Of a DNA stretch of 22,208 nucleotides, positions 21,296 through 22,208 are shown one piece after another. Below the pieces are notes generated by a model, which ran no database searches, was not told where the DNA came from, and saw only the letters and a program-made list of their open reading frames with translations. How positions within the stretch are numbered: the first letter of the stretch is position 1; every line of letters begins with the position of its first letter. The translations under genes and the position numbers were made by a program. Location: positions 62,001 to 84,208 of the forward strand of contig KZ538316.1 of the NCBI GenBank assembly GCA_000934665.2, written 5' to 3'. Source of the stretch: Catajapyx aquilonaris (taxonomy: Eukaryota).

Positions 21296-21733
21296 CCTGC
21301 CCCTGTCAACAGCCCCTGGTTAGCGCGCTCGCCTCTGGTCCCAAGGTTGTGGGTTCGAACCCGGCCAAGGTCCTTTCTGGATTCGAATCGTCCCCCGCGG
21401 ACTGGCAGATTGTAGTGATTTGAAGCTGCTTGACGGGCTTTTAGCCTTGGGGGGTGCACTGAAAAAGACGCTCTCATGCTACACCGGCAGGGTACTAAAC
21501 AAAGTAGTGTACTACTGTACAGGAGTGTGTTCAGTACTCTGCCGGTGTAGCATGAGAGCGTCTTTTTCAGTGCACCCCCCAAGGCTAAAAACCCGTCAAG
21601 CAGCTTCAAATCACTACAATCTGCCAGTCCGCGGGGGACGATTCGAATCCAGAAAGGACGTTGGCCGGGTTCGAACCCACAACCTTGGGACCAGAGGCGA
21701 GCGCGCTAACCAGGGGCTGTTGACAGGGGCAGG
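21296..21733. repeat. Near-perfect palindrome with 206-bp arms
   Basis: 21296-21501 vs 21528-21733, about 4 mismatches, 26-nt spacer; ends at a single N (21734). Confidence 0.92.
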
Positions 21734-21777
21734 NGCCTTAGAGGCAGAAATAGGCCGACGTTAAGCCCCACTGAACC
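21305..21777 (+). mobile_element. tRNA-derived SINE family C with 15-bp TSD, containing an inverted duplicate
   Basis: CTGGTTAGCGCG (A box part) and GGTTCGAACCC (B box); 3' tail GCCGACGTTAAGCCCCAC. CAGTCACCTGCCCCT occurs at both 21290-21304 and 21778-21792. Confidence 0.78.
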
Positions 21778-21834
21778 CAGTCACCTGCCCCTCTGCTCCA
21801 AGATGGTGGGTCCAAATCAGGTAAGCAAAAGCAA

Positions 21835-22104
21835 TGATATATAAATAATGGATTCCCTGTGATAAGCCTCCTTGGGCTTTTTAGGGGATCATCTTTTTAA
21901 TTAACCGACTTTAATCATTGCCTTTGGTGTGATGGATTATGATTGCGGGAGGAAACGGGAGAACCCTGAGAAAACCCACGCGAACACGGAGAGAACCCAT
22001 TGAAACTCTATCCACATAAGTATCCTCCATCCGACCCGGGGATCGAACTCGGGACCTTAGAGGTGGAAGGATTCGGTGCTAACCACTTCGCCACCGTGTC
22101 GCCC
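21835..22104 (-). mobile_element. tRNA-derived V-domain SINE (family B), copy 2
   Basis: Minus strand GGGCGACACGGTGGCGAAGTGGTTAGCACC...GAGTTCGATCCC...GTTCTCTCCGTGTTCGCGTGGGTTTTCTCAGGGTTCTCCCGTTTCCTCCC; head and core align with 13415-13573. Confidence 0.82.
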
Positions 22105-22163
22105 ACGAAACAATGATATACAGGGTGTATCAGAGTCACGGGTCAAGCGCGCGTGACGTCACA

Positions 22164-22208
22164 TCCTTTCTGGATTCGAATCGTCCCCCGCGGACTGGCA
22201 GATTGTAG
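22164..22208 (+). mobile_element. 5'-truncated SINE family C fragment (runs off window)
   Basis: TCCTTTCTGGATTCGAATCGTCCCCCGCGGACTGGCAGATTGTAG is identical to 21371-21415; preceded by a TA|CAGGGTG possible transposon end at 22121. Confidence 0.75.

Noticed and set aside
21277..21764. Pair of near-identical ORFs on opposite strands (MKLLDG...)
   Set aside because: A by-product of the SINE palindrome, not a gene pair.

Overview
Eukaryotic, probably invertebrate, genomic DNA. It has GT-AG introns (some only 60-65 nt), tRNA-derived SINEs, many DNA-transposon derivatives and assembly gaps. Three spliced genes can be reconstructed by hand. (1) The 3' end of sulfide:quinone oxidoreductase (SQOR, +, last 3 exons to 637). 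(2) A complete 4-exon diphthine methyl ester synthase (DPH5, -, 7836->767, about 281 aa), convergent with SQOR and apparently overlapping its 3' UTR. (3) A 3-exon methylmalonyl-CoA epimerase (MCEE, +, 8305-9437, about 165 aa), head-to-head with DPH5 across a CpG-rich promoter. The rest is dominated by a diverse and often nested set of mobile elements: piggyBac, Tc1, mariner, long-TIR Tc1/mariner, pogo/Tigger, Sola-like, hAT, PIF/Harbinger, Helitron, and at least three tRNA-SINE families including V-domain SINEs. I cannot support a novel multi-gene system. The most interesting observations concern TE architecture, overlapping 3' UTRs, a possible extra MCEE first exon, and a 206-bp palindrome that may be an assembly artefact.
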